A stretch of 63,740 nucleotides of DNA, counting the filler, from Octopus bimaculoides (taxonomy: Eukaryota): assembly GCF_001194135.2 (NCBI RefSeq). It is 4 parts of 4 records of this genome, joined end to end, with 100 filler letters (N's around TTAATTAATTAA, not from the genome) between each part and the next. Parts side by side here need not be neighbours in the genome. Positions count along the whole stretch, not along the records: positions 37,029 to 60,771 come from NC_068983.1; 3 more parts are not named here. One strand, written 5' to 3'. The translations under genes were made by a program, and so were the position numbers. Shown one piece after another: positions 39,271 through 51,814 of the stretch; within the stretch, counting starts at the first letter, position 1, and each line of letters starts with the position of its first letter. The notes under the pieces were generated by a model. That model saw nothing but the letters and a program-made list of their open reading frames with translations. It was not told the origin of the DNA and did not search any database.

Positions 39271-39548
39271 CTTTTATTCTTGTATTTGTTTCAGTCATTT
39301 GACTGCGGCCATGCTGGAGCACCGCCTTTAGTCGAACAAATCGACCTCAGAACTTATTCTTTGTATATACTTATGAATATACTTATTCTGTCGGTTCCTT
39401 TTGCCGAACCGCTAATGTTACTGGGACGTAAACACATCAACATTGGTTGTCAAGTGATGGAGGACACACACNNNNNNNNNNGAAGTGGGACTGAACCCGG
39501 AACCATGTGGTAGGGAAGCAAGCCACTTACCACGCAGCTACTCCTGCG
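39271..39548 (-). mobile_element. SINE family A (tail, short gap, partial head)
   Basis: TTTGTTTCAGTCATTTGACTGCGGCCATGCTGGAGCACCGCC...GGGACTGAACCCGGAACCATGTGG...CTCCTGCGC. Confidence 0.85.
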
Positions 39549-39724
39549 CTGGCGAACAGTTATCTATATCATTTTATTCATTTTGACAAAAAACCAAAAA
39601 AAAAAAAAACCTCCATAAAACAAACAAATCAAAGACCAAAACAAAACCAATAAACAAAGATGTTACATTGAAGATGACAATCGTAATAATTGTTTCCCGC
39701 AGAGACACATTACCTGAAATTAGA

Positions 39725-40375
39725 GACAGGATTTGACGGTAACCATCGACCGCTCCAGTTGAATGGTACTTAGTTTCATCGGATACGAAAAGATGAAAGG
39801 CAAAGTAAATGCAGGCGCGATTTGAACTCAGAACATACAGTCGGAAGAAATACCAGATGACATTTTGTTCGATACTCAACTTCTCTACAAATCCATCAAT
39901 CTAACATTGTAATTAGTAAATACTTCGAACTCAAAATCGGCGAGCTGGCCGAATCGTTACATCTCCGAACAAAATGCTTAGCGGCATTTTTTCCGACTTT
40001 ACATTCCGAGTTCCAATGCTTCCGGGGTTGATTTTTGCGTTTTTATTCTTCCAGGGTCAATGAAATAACTATCAGTTGGACACTGGGGTCGATGTAATCG
40101 GCTTACCCCCTCCCCAGTACTTGTTAACCTTGTGCGAAAATTTGAAACTAATAATTACTTCTGATAAAGACAGAAGCCCAGCAATTATGAGGGGAGGGGT
40201 TTAATCGATATCATCGATACCGATTCCAGTACTTGATTGGTACTTTACTGTATCGACCTCCTGAATGGTGAACAGTAAATTTGAGCCTGGCAGGAATTAG
40301 ATATCAAAGCATCAAGAGTCGGAAGGAATACCACAAGGCACTTCTCCCCGACGCTCTTCCCATTTTCTCAGATCA
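39725..40375. mobile_element. Cluster of three diverged SINE family B copies (-, +, -)
   Basis: Family B core strings at ~39725-39860 (-), 39938-40150 (+) and 40165-40375 (-). Confidence 0.7.
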
Positions 40376-41164
40376 TTATCTTGAGATCGCAGACATAACA
40401 TAGAAATGTTTTTACATTCAGCAATCCTTTCCTTGTCATGTTCAATATTTGAAAACCACTCTGTAGATATCATGTTTTAGAACATATATCTTCATTAAAC
40501 CATTATTTGTCTACAATTCCGACACACATTATTAATGCTGATGGAACTATTTCTCAGGCCATTCATCTATTTCGTTATATTTTGGTGAATTTTTACGTTT
40601 TGAGTTATTTCACCCCCATTTGTCATTCGATCACATTTTTGTCAAATTTGTTTAAATGTGTTTAAGAGATTTTGATATTCACTAGTTTCGTTTTTATTAT
40701 TTCCCCAAGGGTTACAACGTTCTTGTCCATAGCTAACGGGGAAATATATAAAGAGAGCTGATTGTTTTGTCACATGATGACGGATAGAGTCTGAATTATT
40801 TGAACTCATCTAGTGATTTACCAAAAGAGAATAAAATATGTCTCATTTATTTAGGGGTGTTTATTTTATCGAAGGTATTGACTGTATACACATAATACCA
40901 CAATCAAGTACTGTGATCAGCGTGACAGACTAACCCCTTTCCTCCAAGATTTGGTGTACTAATATTCTTATTTACTCAGATTCTACGAATTGAAGTTTGA
41001 ACGTAAAGGAACTACTTAAGAAAGATAAATTCCTTTGTTATGTCTAGGACTAGTCAGTCTTGGGACAGCCATTCTCTTGTCATGACACAGGAAAAGAATT
41101 CAGGCCTGAAATGACATGCTCTCCAATTACAAAATAGTATTGTTATTTACAACCACGAAATATT

Positions 41165-41380
41165 CTTTTCTACTCTAGGCACAAGGTCCGAAATATTCGG
41201 AGTGGGGGCTAGTCAATTAGATCGACCCCAGTACGCAATTGGTACTTAATTTATCGATATCGAAATGATGAAAGGCAGAGTCGGCCTCAGTGGAATTTGA
41301 ACTCAGATCGTAAAGACAGACGAAATGCCGCTAAGTATTTCACCCAGCGTGCTAACGTTTCTGCCAGTTCGCCGCCTTAT
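41165..41380 (-). mobile_element. SINE family B with 15-bp TSD
   Basis: Full family B sequence flanked by CAACCACGAAATATT (41150-41164) and CAACCCCGAAATATT (41381-41395). Confidence 0.9.
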
Positions 41381-41399
41381 CAACCCCGAAATATTGTAG

Positions 41400-41800
41400 T
41401 TGGGAAACCGAAGAAGTCGATGTTTGGGTCATGCATAAAGAGGAGCGTCACTCAGTGTTAGGATATGAAACGGGAAACTTTTGATCAAAATGCTGATATA
41501 GTTTGGGCTTCGCCAGCTGCAACGTATCATTCTCAAAGCGTGTAATGCTAATAGATACAATCAACACAGAATACAATCGAGTTTGACCTTGGAGCTTGCA
41601 GCTTTTCATGAATCCCGATAAAGCATTGCTTCGAGGCAGAGAAAAATCGTAATCCTTTTATGAAGAACATGGTGAGATTTGATTGGAATTGAAGAGAAAC
41701 TTAGTAGGATTCGAATACAATGGCTGCAAGCTGTCTCCGAATTAATTAGTGTTCCGGTCGGCTGAGAGGACCATCACTGGGCAGAAGCTAGTGAAATGGA
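41400..41800 (+). pseudogene. Very degenerate RTE-like LINE 3' fragment
   Basis: LGNRRSRCLGHA*R resembles LRxRRLRWLGHVxR, and there is a downstream C/H-containing stretch. Many stops. Confidence 0.3.
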
Positions 41801-41823
41801 ATATCAGAAGATACGAAATACAA

Positions 41824-41897
<74 letters not shown>

Positions 41898-41991
41898 TCT
41901 CTCTACACGCAATATATATGTATATGTATATATATGTATATATATATATATGTATATATATGTATTATATATATATATATATATATATATG

Positions 41992-42029
<38 letters not shown>

Positions 42030-42036
42030 GTATATG

Positions 42037-42068
<32 letters not shown>

Positions 42069-42744
42069 TAATGCTTTTGTTATGTTTTAATCATTTTACT
42101 TTGCCAAGAGGATTTCTTAAACGCCATTCACTAATGTAAATTATATTTACGTCCATTCTCTTTTGCTCTTCTATTGCAAAGACATTAAACTGCTTTCCTT
42201 TCAACTTGACAACTCCATACAGCTCCAACCTGAATTCTATTCTGCGCACTGGATTTCCTCCTGTCAACCATAATGTGTTTCTTCACCCCACTTCTTATAC
42301 TAAATACTTAATTCACTTCTGCTCCCTCTCCGCATTGATTGCGTTTCTGTCTACAGTTTCCTCGTGGCTGTTGATTCTAAAATGAATTGCAAATTAAGTG
42401 CTTTAAAATCAATTATCATGATCCTACAAACCAGAAAGATCTTTGAGGTTTATGATTAGCAATAAAGAAGAGAGAACACGTGCAAAAATGCAAATGCCCA
42501 CAAAGTAACGAGGGAAAAAAATCTATTTAGGCGAGCGAATGTGAAAGTATAAAACCAGTGTTTCTCTCTGGATTAAGCAGATCTCTTAAGTAGATGTGAA
42601 AATTGTCATTAAACTCTCGCAGAAAGTAATCCGTAAATACTCGATACTTATTCTTCATAGTGAAGTGAACTGCATGATTAGAATAATGTGCGCTACTTTC
42701 AGAAATAAATTATTTACATCAGCTACTAGTGTATTGATTTCAAA

Positions 42745-42948
42745 TTTTGGCACAAAACCTGCAATCTCGGGGGAGGGGCTAAGTTGATTATATCGATCCC
42801 AGTGCTCAACTGGTATTTATTTTATTGAACCCGAAAGAATGAAAGGCAAAGCTGATTTCGGCGGAATTTGAACTTGGAATGTAAAGACAGACGAAATGTC
42901 GCTAAGCATTTCATCCGGCGCGCTTACGATTTTCCCAACCTGCCGTCT
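42745..42948 (-). mobile_element. SINE family B
   Basis: TTTTGGCACAAAACC...GAAAGGCAAAGCTGATTTCGGCGGAATTTGAAC...GACGAAATGTCGCTAAGCATTTC. Confidence 0.85.
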
Positions 42949-43559
42949 TATAAGCTACTAGTATGTTGTAGTATCTTTGCGGTGGTTAGCCTCTCCATAC
43001 ACACACATCTTTTATTCATATGTGTGTATATGTGTATATGTTAATTCATTGTGGGTAAACAAAGAGTTGCCATTTAGACTTGTCTTTCTAGGTTCCGTAT
43101 ACAAAATCTATCAGGTTAGTTTTCGCTTNNNNNNNNNNNNNNNNNNNNNNNNNNNNNNNNNNNNNNNNNNNNNNNNNNNNNNNNNNNNNNNNNNNNNNNN
43201 NNNNNNNNNNNNNNNNNNNNNNNNNNNNNNNNNNNNNNNNNNNNNNNNNNNNNNNNNNNNNNNNNNNNNNNNNNNNNNNNNNNNNNNNNNNNNNNNNNNN
43301 NNNNNNNNNNNNNNNNNNNNNNNNNNNNNNNNNNNNNNNNNNNNNNNNNNNNNNNNNNNNNNNNNNNNNNNNNNNNNNNNNNNNNNNNNNNNNNNNNNNN
43401 NNNNNNNNNNNNNNNNNNNNNNNNNNNNNNNNNNNNNNNNNNTTCGTTTCCCATTGCTTCAGTACACTCAGTAGCAAATGAGGAACCCTGTGACGGAATG
43501 GCATCGTGTTCAGTAGAGGGCGGTGCGGAATTGGTGATTTCGGTCACTTATACACCATG

Positions 43560-43915
43560 GGCGACCTGGCAGAATCGTGAGAACGCCGGGCGAAATGCTT
43601 AGCAGTATTTCGTCTGCCACTGCGTTCTGAGTTCAAATTCCGCCGAGGTCGACTTTGCCTTTCATCCTTTCGGGGTCGATTAAATAAGTACCAGTTACGC
43701 ACTGGGGTCGATATATTTCGACTTAATCCGTATGTCTGTCTTTGTTTGTCCCCTCTGTGTATAGCCCCTTGTGGGCAGTAAAAAAATAGGTATTTCGTCA
43801 GTCCTTACGTCCTGGGCTCAAATTCCGCTGAGGCCGACTTTGGCCTTTATCCTTTCGGGGTCTGTAAAATAAGTACCAGTCGATTACTGTGGTCGATGTA
43901 ATCAACTCACCTACT
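43560..43915 (+). mobile_element. SINE family B, long-tail copy followed by a partial second copy
   Basis: GGCGACCTGGCAGAATCG...TTTCATCCTTTCGGGGTCGATTAAATAAGTACCAG...TTTGTCCCCTCTGTGTATAGCCCCTTGTGGG, and the core repeats from ~43790. Confidence 0.85.
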
Positions 43916-43949
43916 TCTGAGAAAGAGTATAAAAACTGCACCCTTGTGC

Positions 43950-44190
43950 CAAGCTGTGTCGATCCAGTGGGACAGAGTAGGCTCATGAAACCAGTATGGT
44001 CTCAAGCTCAAATTCACAGCCTCCACATCAGACCGCGATTGGTGGAGAGAGCCTGCTGAGATCCTTGTCCTGCAGCGGACTGAAAATTGGCAGATCCAAA
44101 TTGAAATACACTCTGGGAACCGGGTGACCTCTCCTATGAGTCCTGGGACAACAGACAGCAAAGTTTAGGTTGATGATGATGATGATGAAG
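43950..44190 (+). pseudogene. Possible RTE-like LINE 3' end
   Basis: TSDRDWWRE resembles the AxDRxxWR terminal motif, followed by a (GAT)n tail. Confidence 0.3.
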
Positions 44191-45304
44191 AAGAACTAAC
44201 GTAAAAGAAGTGAGTGAATTGTAGTCCTGCCGAGTGAAAGGTCATTAAAGGTTTGTCTATGATTGGAACTGAAAATGGATAAAATATGAAGAGTAAGCAT
44301 TTGAAAACCATTCCAGTAAGCTTCGATTTAAGCGATCTTAGAATCAGCAGATTTTTCATTTCTTCAGTTTCCTCGCGGAATCTTCAGTGGCTTAAAGTGG
44401 TTAGGAAGAATGATGAACGAAGTATCAGAAAAAAGAAAAGGAAAAAGAAGCAGACGACGACGATAAAAGAATGAAAGAAAATGGTGAATAATATTTCTCA
44501 GTAGCAGACGATGTTTTTGTCTCTATTTTCAAGATTTTATAATTAAAGTATTTTAGTGAAATTTTATTTCTTTTTCTTCAATATATTTTGAATCAATATT
44601 GAAATAATATATAATCTAATAGAATTTTAACTGTAAAAGGTGTTGAAAAAGAAATGCTGAATGAAGATACTTCAGGTGTTAAACGGATTAGTTTTAGGAT
44701 AAATTAGAGAATCGTTTAGTTTAACTTCATAAAAAATCGAATTCTTGAAAGGTAGATAAGAAAAAGAAAATATTTTACTTTGTTGCTTGTAATCAACACA
44801 AAACAGCGATGAAAAAAAAGTACATGGTGTTGATGCAACATTAGTTAGGATAAACATGGTTTTCGTTGAAGATTATTGTGTTTCTGTATCGTGTTTCATT
44901 CACCTTTGTTGCGTGTTACTAAATTCGGGAATGCAATATGAGTAAAAAAAGAGAAACTTGCACGAAATTCATAGAATTAATTCACGATTCATTATCTTCC
45001 GCTGCTTTAATGTAAATCTCAAAGAAAGTGATATGGATAATTTTCATTGGATTTTTAATCGGATTAGGAAAACCAATAACGCCTGTTTTTGTATATCTGT
45101 CGAAACAAAATTCTAATTTACATCTTATTTACATAATAATATTATATTTTTTTTTTATAAGGAAGAGAATCGAATTCTTTAATCTCCACAACTCAACAGT
45201 TTTCAGTTTCTCGTTTTGACTTCTCTGTTTATATTTTCACTGTGCAAGCATGCGTGTGTGCTTCTACACGTGACTGCTCATAAGCATGTCATACTACTGG
45301 CACT

Positions 45305-45582
45305 GCCCCACTTACGACACCGAGGGTCCTCGTTGATCCGATCGATGGAACAGCCTGCTCGTGAAATCAACGTGAAAATGGCTGAGCTCTTTACAGAGCC
45401 GCGTACCTTTAACGCAGCTTTCAGGGGTAAATATAGATAAAATTCGTTTCTGCCAACCGAGTGGACTTGAACAACGTGAAATAAAGTGTCTTGCTCAAGG
45501 ACACAACTCTCTGCCGGGAATTGAACTCACGATCTTACGATCATAATCCGTCTACCCTCACCACTTAACCACACGCCTGCAC
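45305..45582 (-). mobile_element. SINE family C (tRNA head + CORE-like segment)
   Basis: Minus strand GTGCAGGCGTGTGGTTAAGTGG...GAGTTCAATTCCCGGC...TGTGTCCTTGAGCAAGACACTTTA, which resembles the CORE-SINE motif. Confidence 0.75.
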
Positions 45583-45692
45583 TAAACATGTCATGCAATT
45601 ATCTGATACTGCTAGCATTCACTTTAATGATTTTTCATTGAAAATAAACAGTTTCAGACACATTTTCCTGTAAAAGGTCCTTCAATGATATC

Positions 45693-46020
45693 AACTTATT
45701 CTTTGTAAGCCTAGCACTTATTCTATTGGTATCTTTGCCGAACTGCTAAGTTACGGGGATGTAAACACACCAACATCTGTTGTCAAGCAATGGTGGGGCG
45801 ACAAACATTGACAAACACTGACACACATATGTACATACACACACACATATGTATATACGACGGGCTTCTTTCAGTTTCAGTCTGCCGATTCCACTCACAA
45901 GGCTTTCGTGGGCCCAACGCTATAGTAGAAAACTCTTACCCAAGGTGCTACGCAGTGGGACTGAACCTGGAGCCATGTGGTTAAGAAGCAAGCTTCTTAC
46001 CATACAGCCGCTCCTGCGCC
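45693..46020 (-). mobile_element. SINE family A (distal tail missing)
   Basis: Alignment with other copies; shares private variants with 46693-47080. Confidence 0.9.
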
Positions 46021-46032
46021 TATGAGCAATTT

Positions 46033-46690
46033 GAGGTTTCGAGTAAGCATTTCTATTTTATCACACAATCGGGTCCTTAAGATTTTCTTCAAGGAACCTA
46101 AATTGATCTCAACAACAGTGAAAAACAACCCGTTGAAATTACCAAGTAGAGATTTCATTACCTTTGTGCGCTCAGGACAACGGATCCGTTTCAAGAAGAA
46201 GAACAACAAACTTCCTGTGAGCGATGAAAAGTGGAACGGCTATTGGGAGGTGACTGCAGATTTACCAGGGTACCAGAGACTCTTTCCCAACCCAGTTACG
46301 AAAAAAACCGGATGTAGAGGGTTCGTTGGACAGTGTGAGGCGACTGTTGTTATCGTTAGGCCTAACTCATCGTAAAGTAAATACCACCATGCCTGATATC
46401 TAAACTACAGTGGAAAAGACTAGCCACTGGATTTGGTTAAAAAGAGACAATGAGTGATGGCTAGAAGAATATTGAGCTTTATTTAATAACCAGTTGATCT
46501 AGCAAGCAGGGCCTCATATCAGTGAGCTCAGTGGGGCGGTGTGCAATGATGCTGCCCCAAAACGGCGCGCATTTTCTCCTGATGACCCCATAAACTTGCT
46601 GGCTTCCGATATGTGGAGTTCTCGATTGGTATCACTTGCATGTGCGAGGTGTTTGCAAAACATCAAGAGTTACCAGAAAGAAACAATTTT
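46033..46690 (+). mobile_element. HERO-like RLE-type non-LTR retrotransposon 3' fragment, internally deleted
   Basis: SHNRVL...ITFVRSGQ...YWEVTADLPGYQRLFPNPVTKKT|GCRGFVG, then after a frameshift SVRRLLLSLGL...VEKTSHWIWLKRDNE*W. This matches the RHNxVL, FVxAG, W..DL..FP, VEVGCRGF and AExASxWLWLxR motifs. The PD..D endonuclease core is missing. Confidence 0.75.
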
Positions 46691-46692
46691 TT

Positions 46693-47080
46693 TTACTTAT
46701 TTCAGTTATTTGACTGTGGTCATGCTGGAACACCGCCTTTAGTCGAGCAAATCGACCCCAGAACTTATTCTTTGTAAGACTAGCACTTATTCTATTGGTG
46801 TCTTTGCCGAACCGCTAAGTTACGGGGATGTAAATACACCAACATCGGTTGTCAAGCAATGGTAGGGCTACAAACACTGACACACATATATATACACACA
46901 CATATATATGTATATATGACGGCCTTCTTTCAGTTTCAGTCTTCCAAATCCACTCACAAGGCTTTGGTCGGTCCAAGGCTATAGTAGAAGACATTTTACC
47001 CAAGGTGCCACGCAATGGGATTGAACCTGGAACCATGTGGCTGGGAAGCAAGCTTCTTACTACACAGCCGCTCCTGCGCC
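46693..47080 (-). mobile_element. SINE family A, full length
   Basis: Tail TTTCAGTTATTTGACTGTGGTCATGCTGGAACACCGCC through head ...CAGCCGCTCCTGCGCC. Confidence 0.9.
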
Positions 47081-47244
47081 TATGAGCAATTTATCCTGAA
47101 CACAACTGTCTTATCACGAAACATATCCTGATTAATCAAATAATGATGTTTTATTTTTTTTATCTAATTAAGTAATAATTTTGAGCGGGATGGACAATAT
47201 TTGGTAAATTTTCTCTCTTAACGGAAATATTGGTTTCATATTTT

Positions 47245-47570
47245 AGCACGAGGCCATCAATTTCGGCGTGGAGATTAAATCAAGTCTAGTGTTCGGTTGG
47301 TAATTATTTTATCGAACCCGAAAGAATGAAAGGCAAAATCACAAAGGTGGAATTTGAACTCAGAACGTAAAGACAGACGCAATGCAGTGAAACATTTCGG
47401 CCGGCGTTCTAACGATTCTGCCAGCTCGTCGCCTTAACTGAACTGATCCTTATTTTATCGAATATAATGTAAAGTCGACCCAAGCGGAATTTGAACTCAG
47501 AACCTAAAATCAAATGAGACATGGCTAAGATTTTTACCCGGCGTTCAAACGATTCTGTCAGCTCGCCGCG
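47245..47570 (-). mobile_element. Two tandem SINE family B copies
   Basis: GGAATTTGAACTCAGAAC core at ~47349 and ~47488, each ending ...CAGCTCG(T/C)CGC. Confidence 0.85.
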
Positions 47571-47599
47571 AAATGGCAAATAATAATAATAATAATAAA

Positions 47600-47785
47600 A
47601 TATATATAACATACAGAAAATTGCACTACTGGGCACTGCACACATCCTACGCAAAACACTTTCAATACAGTAACCATAAGAGCACCACAGCAAACCACAG
47701 CACATACCCAAGGCGCACAGAGCTGCGCTCGGTAGTGAAGTGAAAGCACGTTATAAAAATAAAACTACTGAACAATAATAATAAT
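47600..47785 (+). mobile_element. R4/Dong-like RLE non-LTR retrotransposon, extreme 3' end, within (TAA)n
   Basis: 47611-47673 encodes IQKIALLGTAHILRKTLSIQ* (the QKxxLLGTAHILRKxL C-terminus of R4-clade ORFs), followed by a ~100-bp 3' UTR. (TAA)n lies on both sides. Confidence 0.8.
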
Positions 47786-49299
47786 GAATCACTCTTGAAA
47801 AATATTCTATTTAATTAGAGGAGAGGTTGAAAGGAAGCGGCGGCGTAGACGTTTTATATTATGCTTAAAACGTCGCAGTTTTACGATAAAGCCTCTATCA
47901 TTTAGATGTACTGAAAGACATACTTATAAGAGTCAAATGGTTTTTTTTAAAATAAGAACAGAATTCGAGTTGCGAACTCGTGTCTTCGACAACTTCTGTG
48001 CAACGAACACCTGCTGATATTAACGCCATGACGTACGCTCAATCAATAGAGGAAATGTCATTAGCACAGGATTCGATATCGAGGTCCAGACTTTACTCCA
48101 TAAGCCCTTATATCTTACCCGACTCTGCTCGCTCAGATCAGCGTAAAAAAATCAAGGGTGAAAGAATAACGGACGGGAATCGCAATAAATTTTCAAAGAA
48201 ATAATTTTGCAGTATGTCTAGTTCCTCAGTTCCTTTACTGGTTTCAATCTAACCTTTTTACTAACCATCGAAGATACTGAGAAAGAAGCCTTCATGATGT
48301 CTACGGAGACAGACGGCAGGATATATAGATTCAGAATTTGTCATTAGAGTTTCTAATAATATCATCTTATATTTCGAAATTTATAGAATCTATTGCATTA
48401 ATTGTGAGGAACTGACTGGCGTCAGACAATATAACTATAAATTCGATTCTATTTGAAAGGAATTTGCCGACAAGTGTTGAAGTAAGAGAGTATGTTTGGC
48501 GAATGAGTTAAATGGCATATCTCTATATTGGTTAATTTTAGTTCTCATAAAATGAAATACAGAAACCTAATATGGGAAAAAATAAAAGTTTCATAGAAAA
48601 TTGATTATTTTCACGTAAGTTCCTATAACGAAGTAGTTTTTAAAAAACTGCAAAACATAAAATTTATTTCACAAATATATATACATATATATAAATGAAA
48701 TAACGGATTGTACCAGCACCAGTTCACATTGACATAGCAAACCATTGTGATACAATAGTTTATCTGAAATTCTTCTCGATTATTTGAGAAACATTCAACT
48801 AGCTCTCAATTTCTGAGCGTGGAATAATGTTTGGTGTCAAATGGAAGCAGAAAAGAAAGAACTATGAAAATGGATCCATTCTCATGGATGATGTATGAGA
48901 ATAGCTATGAGAATGAATGAGATTGTTTATAAATTGAGATATTAGAGGTTTGTGTTGGACAGTAATATACGAGAAGCAAGGGAATTTTTTATGAAGCGAT
49001 TCTTGGAATAAAGTTTTCATCTAATCACATGGAACAAAATAGAAAGAGGAAGACAGAGTGTCATTGTAGTAACGTTAAAAGAAAGATAATGAAGATAAAG
49101 CAGCATGGTTGAGGCTATAAAATATGCCGGTAAAAATAGTTATAGAACTAAATATATGAACATAGCCGTTTGTGTTAGCAAAGTAATGATACACCGAAAT
49201 ATATCAGAAACGAAAGAGCAATAGCAACAAACAAGAAAATTATGTTTTAAAGAACAACCCTTCGTTGAGTAAAACTGAAATAAGACTACTTCAGTAAGT

Positions 49300-49878
49300 A
49301 AAGACTACCGTTCCAAACTGTGGCCACCATAAAGTGTAAAATTAACGGCGGAACGGGATTCAATCTAGCGAAGCTCTATAAAGAAGATCGTCACAATGTG
49401 ACATGGCAGCAACTGGGAAAATCTGAAAAAGTTAACACTTTACTTCCTAGAACAATGGCAGGAAAGATATGCAGTTATATGTATTTGGAAAGTCTTGGAT
49501 GGACTTGTATCAAACTTTGGCGTTGAAAGTTTCACACACAGCAAAAAGGGGCACCACTATACAGTACCAAAGATCCCAACGTCACCATCAGGATACAGGA
49601 CCACCCACAGCTCTTCAATATCCTGTCCAAAAGCCTGAGAAACTGGCATGGGGTATGTGTAGGTGTCTTCAAACCAAAAATGGATCTCCTTTTATCAAGA
49701 GTTCCGGATGAACTTACCTTGCAGCAGGAATTGCAGATGAAGGCAGCAACATGAAACTTCTCATTCACCGAATGCCATATACCAGAAGAAGTTTCAAGTA
49801 GTGAAGATGTAGCAAACCTAATAGTTGTGTTCCAGCATGGCCGCAGCTCTCGAGCTGAAACTAGTAAAAAAAAAAAAT
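49300..49878 (+). mobile_element. CR1-group LINE 3' end (RT C-terminus, 3' UTR, A-tail)
   Basis: DYRSKLWPP*SVKL...NWENLKKLTLYFLEQWQERYAVICIWKVLDGLVSNFG...PQLFNIL...FKPKMDLLLSRVPDE matches the DYCSQLWSP / YWERLKxLxLYSLERRRERY / WKxxxGLVPN / QLFNxLP / VPDEP motifs. Several stops and a deletion. Confidence 0.85.
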
Positions 49879-50473
49879 GAAAAAAATGAAAAAAAGCAAA
49901 GAATGTTAATTTCCATTCGGCAAATGATTGACCAGTGGCCAACAATAATTGCGCATTGTAAACAGCTGTGTTTAGGTTTCCTAGAATGTTATTTGTTACT
50001 CAGCTGTAAAATGATATATTCTCCCTTGTAAAGTAGCTTCAAAATGTTTTTAATACGAGGAAAATGTATTTCTAAGAGAGATCAGCAGAACATGTGGCAT
50101 TTAAAAACGTAATCGGATTATTTCCTTTATATTGAAGAGTTCTCAACGAACGATAATATTTTCAAAGCGAAGTTTTCCAAGAAAGGAGATGTCCTGGCAT
50201 TTTGATGTTGTTGTTATCAGTTATCATATTTTAGCCATTTAAGTGATGGATGCTTGGTTGTGAAATTCCCTTTTATTTTCCACGAACAAACGTGGAATTA
50301 CACACAAGGACAGTTGTACACTTGACATTGATAGGTGAGATGATAGTTGTGACTTAGTTGACGACGTGGTGCAGGAGAATAATACTAAAAATGTTCAGTG
50401 AGTTCATACAACCACAGAAGCTCGAAATATGAGGTTCATCAGAGTTTCTAATGTTATGCTGTGATCTTCTTTA

Positions 50474-50960
50474 GGTGTCCTGTCCATAATGTAGGCAATA
50501 GGCGGTCATGTTCTGTCACAATTCTCTGTCCTTTGAAGGCGGTGAGCTGGCAGAATCATTAGCACGTCGGGCGAAATGCTTAGCGGTATTTCATTCCGAG
50601 TTCAAATTCCGCCGAGGTCGACTTAGCCTTTCATCATTTCGGGGTCGATTAAATAAGTACTAGTTGCGTACTGGTTCGATGTGATCGACTGGCCTCCTCC
50701 CACCAAATTTCGGGCGTTGTGCCTAGAGTCGAAAAGAATTCTCTGTCCTTTGTTTTCCGTAGCAGTTCCACTTCCTAATGTATAATGCCTCTTTCTTCCT
50801 ACCTCTTCGCCAAGCTTGACATCCGTTTTATCTTTCCCTTTCCTCTGCTTCTTTTCCCTTCTAACTTTCTCATCATCGCTAAATACTCGCGGCCATCTTT
50901 CCTCACCACACGACCAAGAAATCTCATTTGCTTGAGATTTCTTGCATATAAGATGAGAAG
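50474..50960 (-). mobile_element. RTE LINE 3' fragment interrupted by a SINE
   Basis: Colinear with 53345-53705 (shared CATGT(T/C)CTGTCACAATTCTCTGT(C/T)CTTTG and ACATGATCAAGAAATCTCA/ACGACCAAGAAATCTCA). Confidence 0.65.
50536..50736 (+). mobile_element. SINE family B with 16-bp TSD
   Basis: Flanked by exact AATTCTCTGTCCTTTG at 50520-50535 and 50737-50752. Confidence 0.95.
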
Positions 50961-51814
50961 AGATGTGATTTAAATATATAACCAACCCCTTGATAAGTGT
51001 ATAACACTGATTTATCAGCTCCTTGTGTTGAAGCAGGCTTGAATATTGTTCTCGACTCACTATGTTTTCAGAAAAATCTTATTTTTATCTGCCGTTTCTA
51101 TTTTAACTTCCACCCATAACTTCTACCCATAACTTCTACCCATAATTCTCAATCAGAACCATATTCATTAAATGTCTATTAATGGATACAAATAGAACAG
51201 AAAATATTATCTACGAGAGTCGAGTCAGTTATCAATGTTTTGTTGGTGAATTCTGAGGTCATACAGTAAGAGTATAATTTCATTGGACATAATAGAAATT
51301 GAATAACCTGTCGATGTAAACGGCCAAGTAGTTCTATAAAATATATTGATTATTGATATCAGATTACCATAGAATAATAGGAATTACAATTAAAGAGATA
51401 ATCATATAATCGCTTCCTCGTTTACCTATTATATATATATATATATATNNNNNNNNNNNNNNNNNNNNNNNNNNNNNNNNNNNNNNNNNNNNNNNNNNNN
51501 NNNNNNTATATATATGTATGTATATATATATATAATATGATATATATATAATAACACATACACGCATACGATGTTAGATACATACATACACACACATACC
51601 ACACACACACATACCACACACACACATACCACACACACACATACATATGTTAGCTCTTTTTTATGTCTGTGTGCACGCATGATGATAAAAGAAGAGGTCA
51701 CCATCACCTGCTCTATAAAGACGCAAAGCATCATATGAAGAGGTTTAGAGATACGCAGTCAAACAGGGAAACCAGAAACCAGAATCTTGTGTATTGGGTC
51801 TTGTGCTAATAAAC

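Noticed and set aside
44345-44392. Minus-strand CTGAAGA-TTCC-GCGA-GGAAAC
   Set aside because: No stem I partner and no stem III; a chance match.
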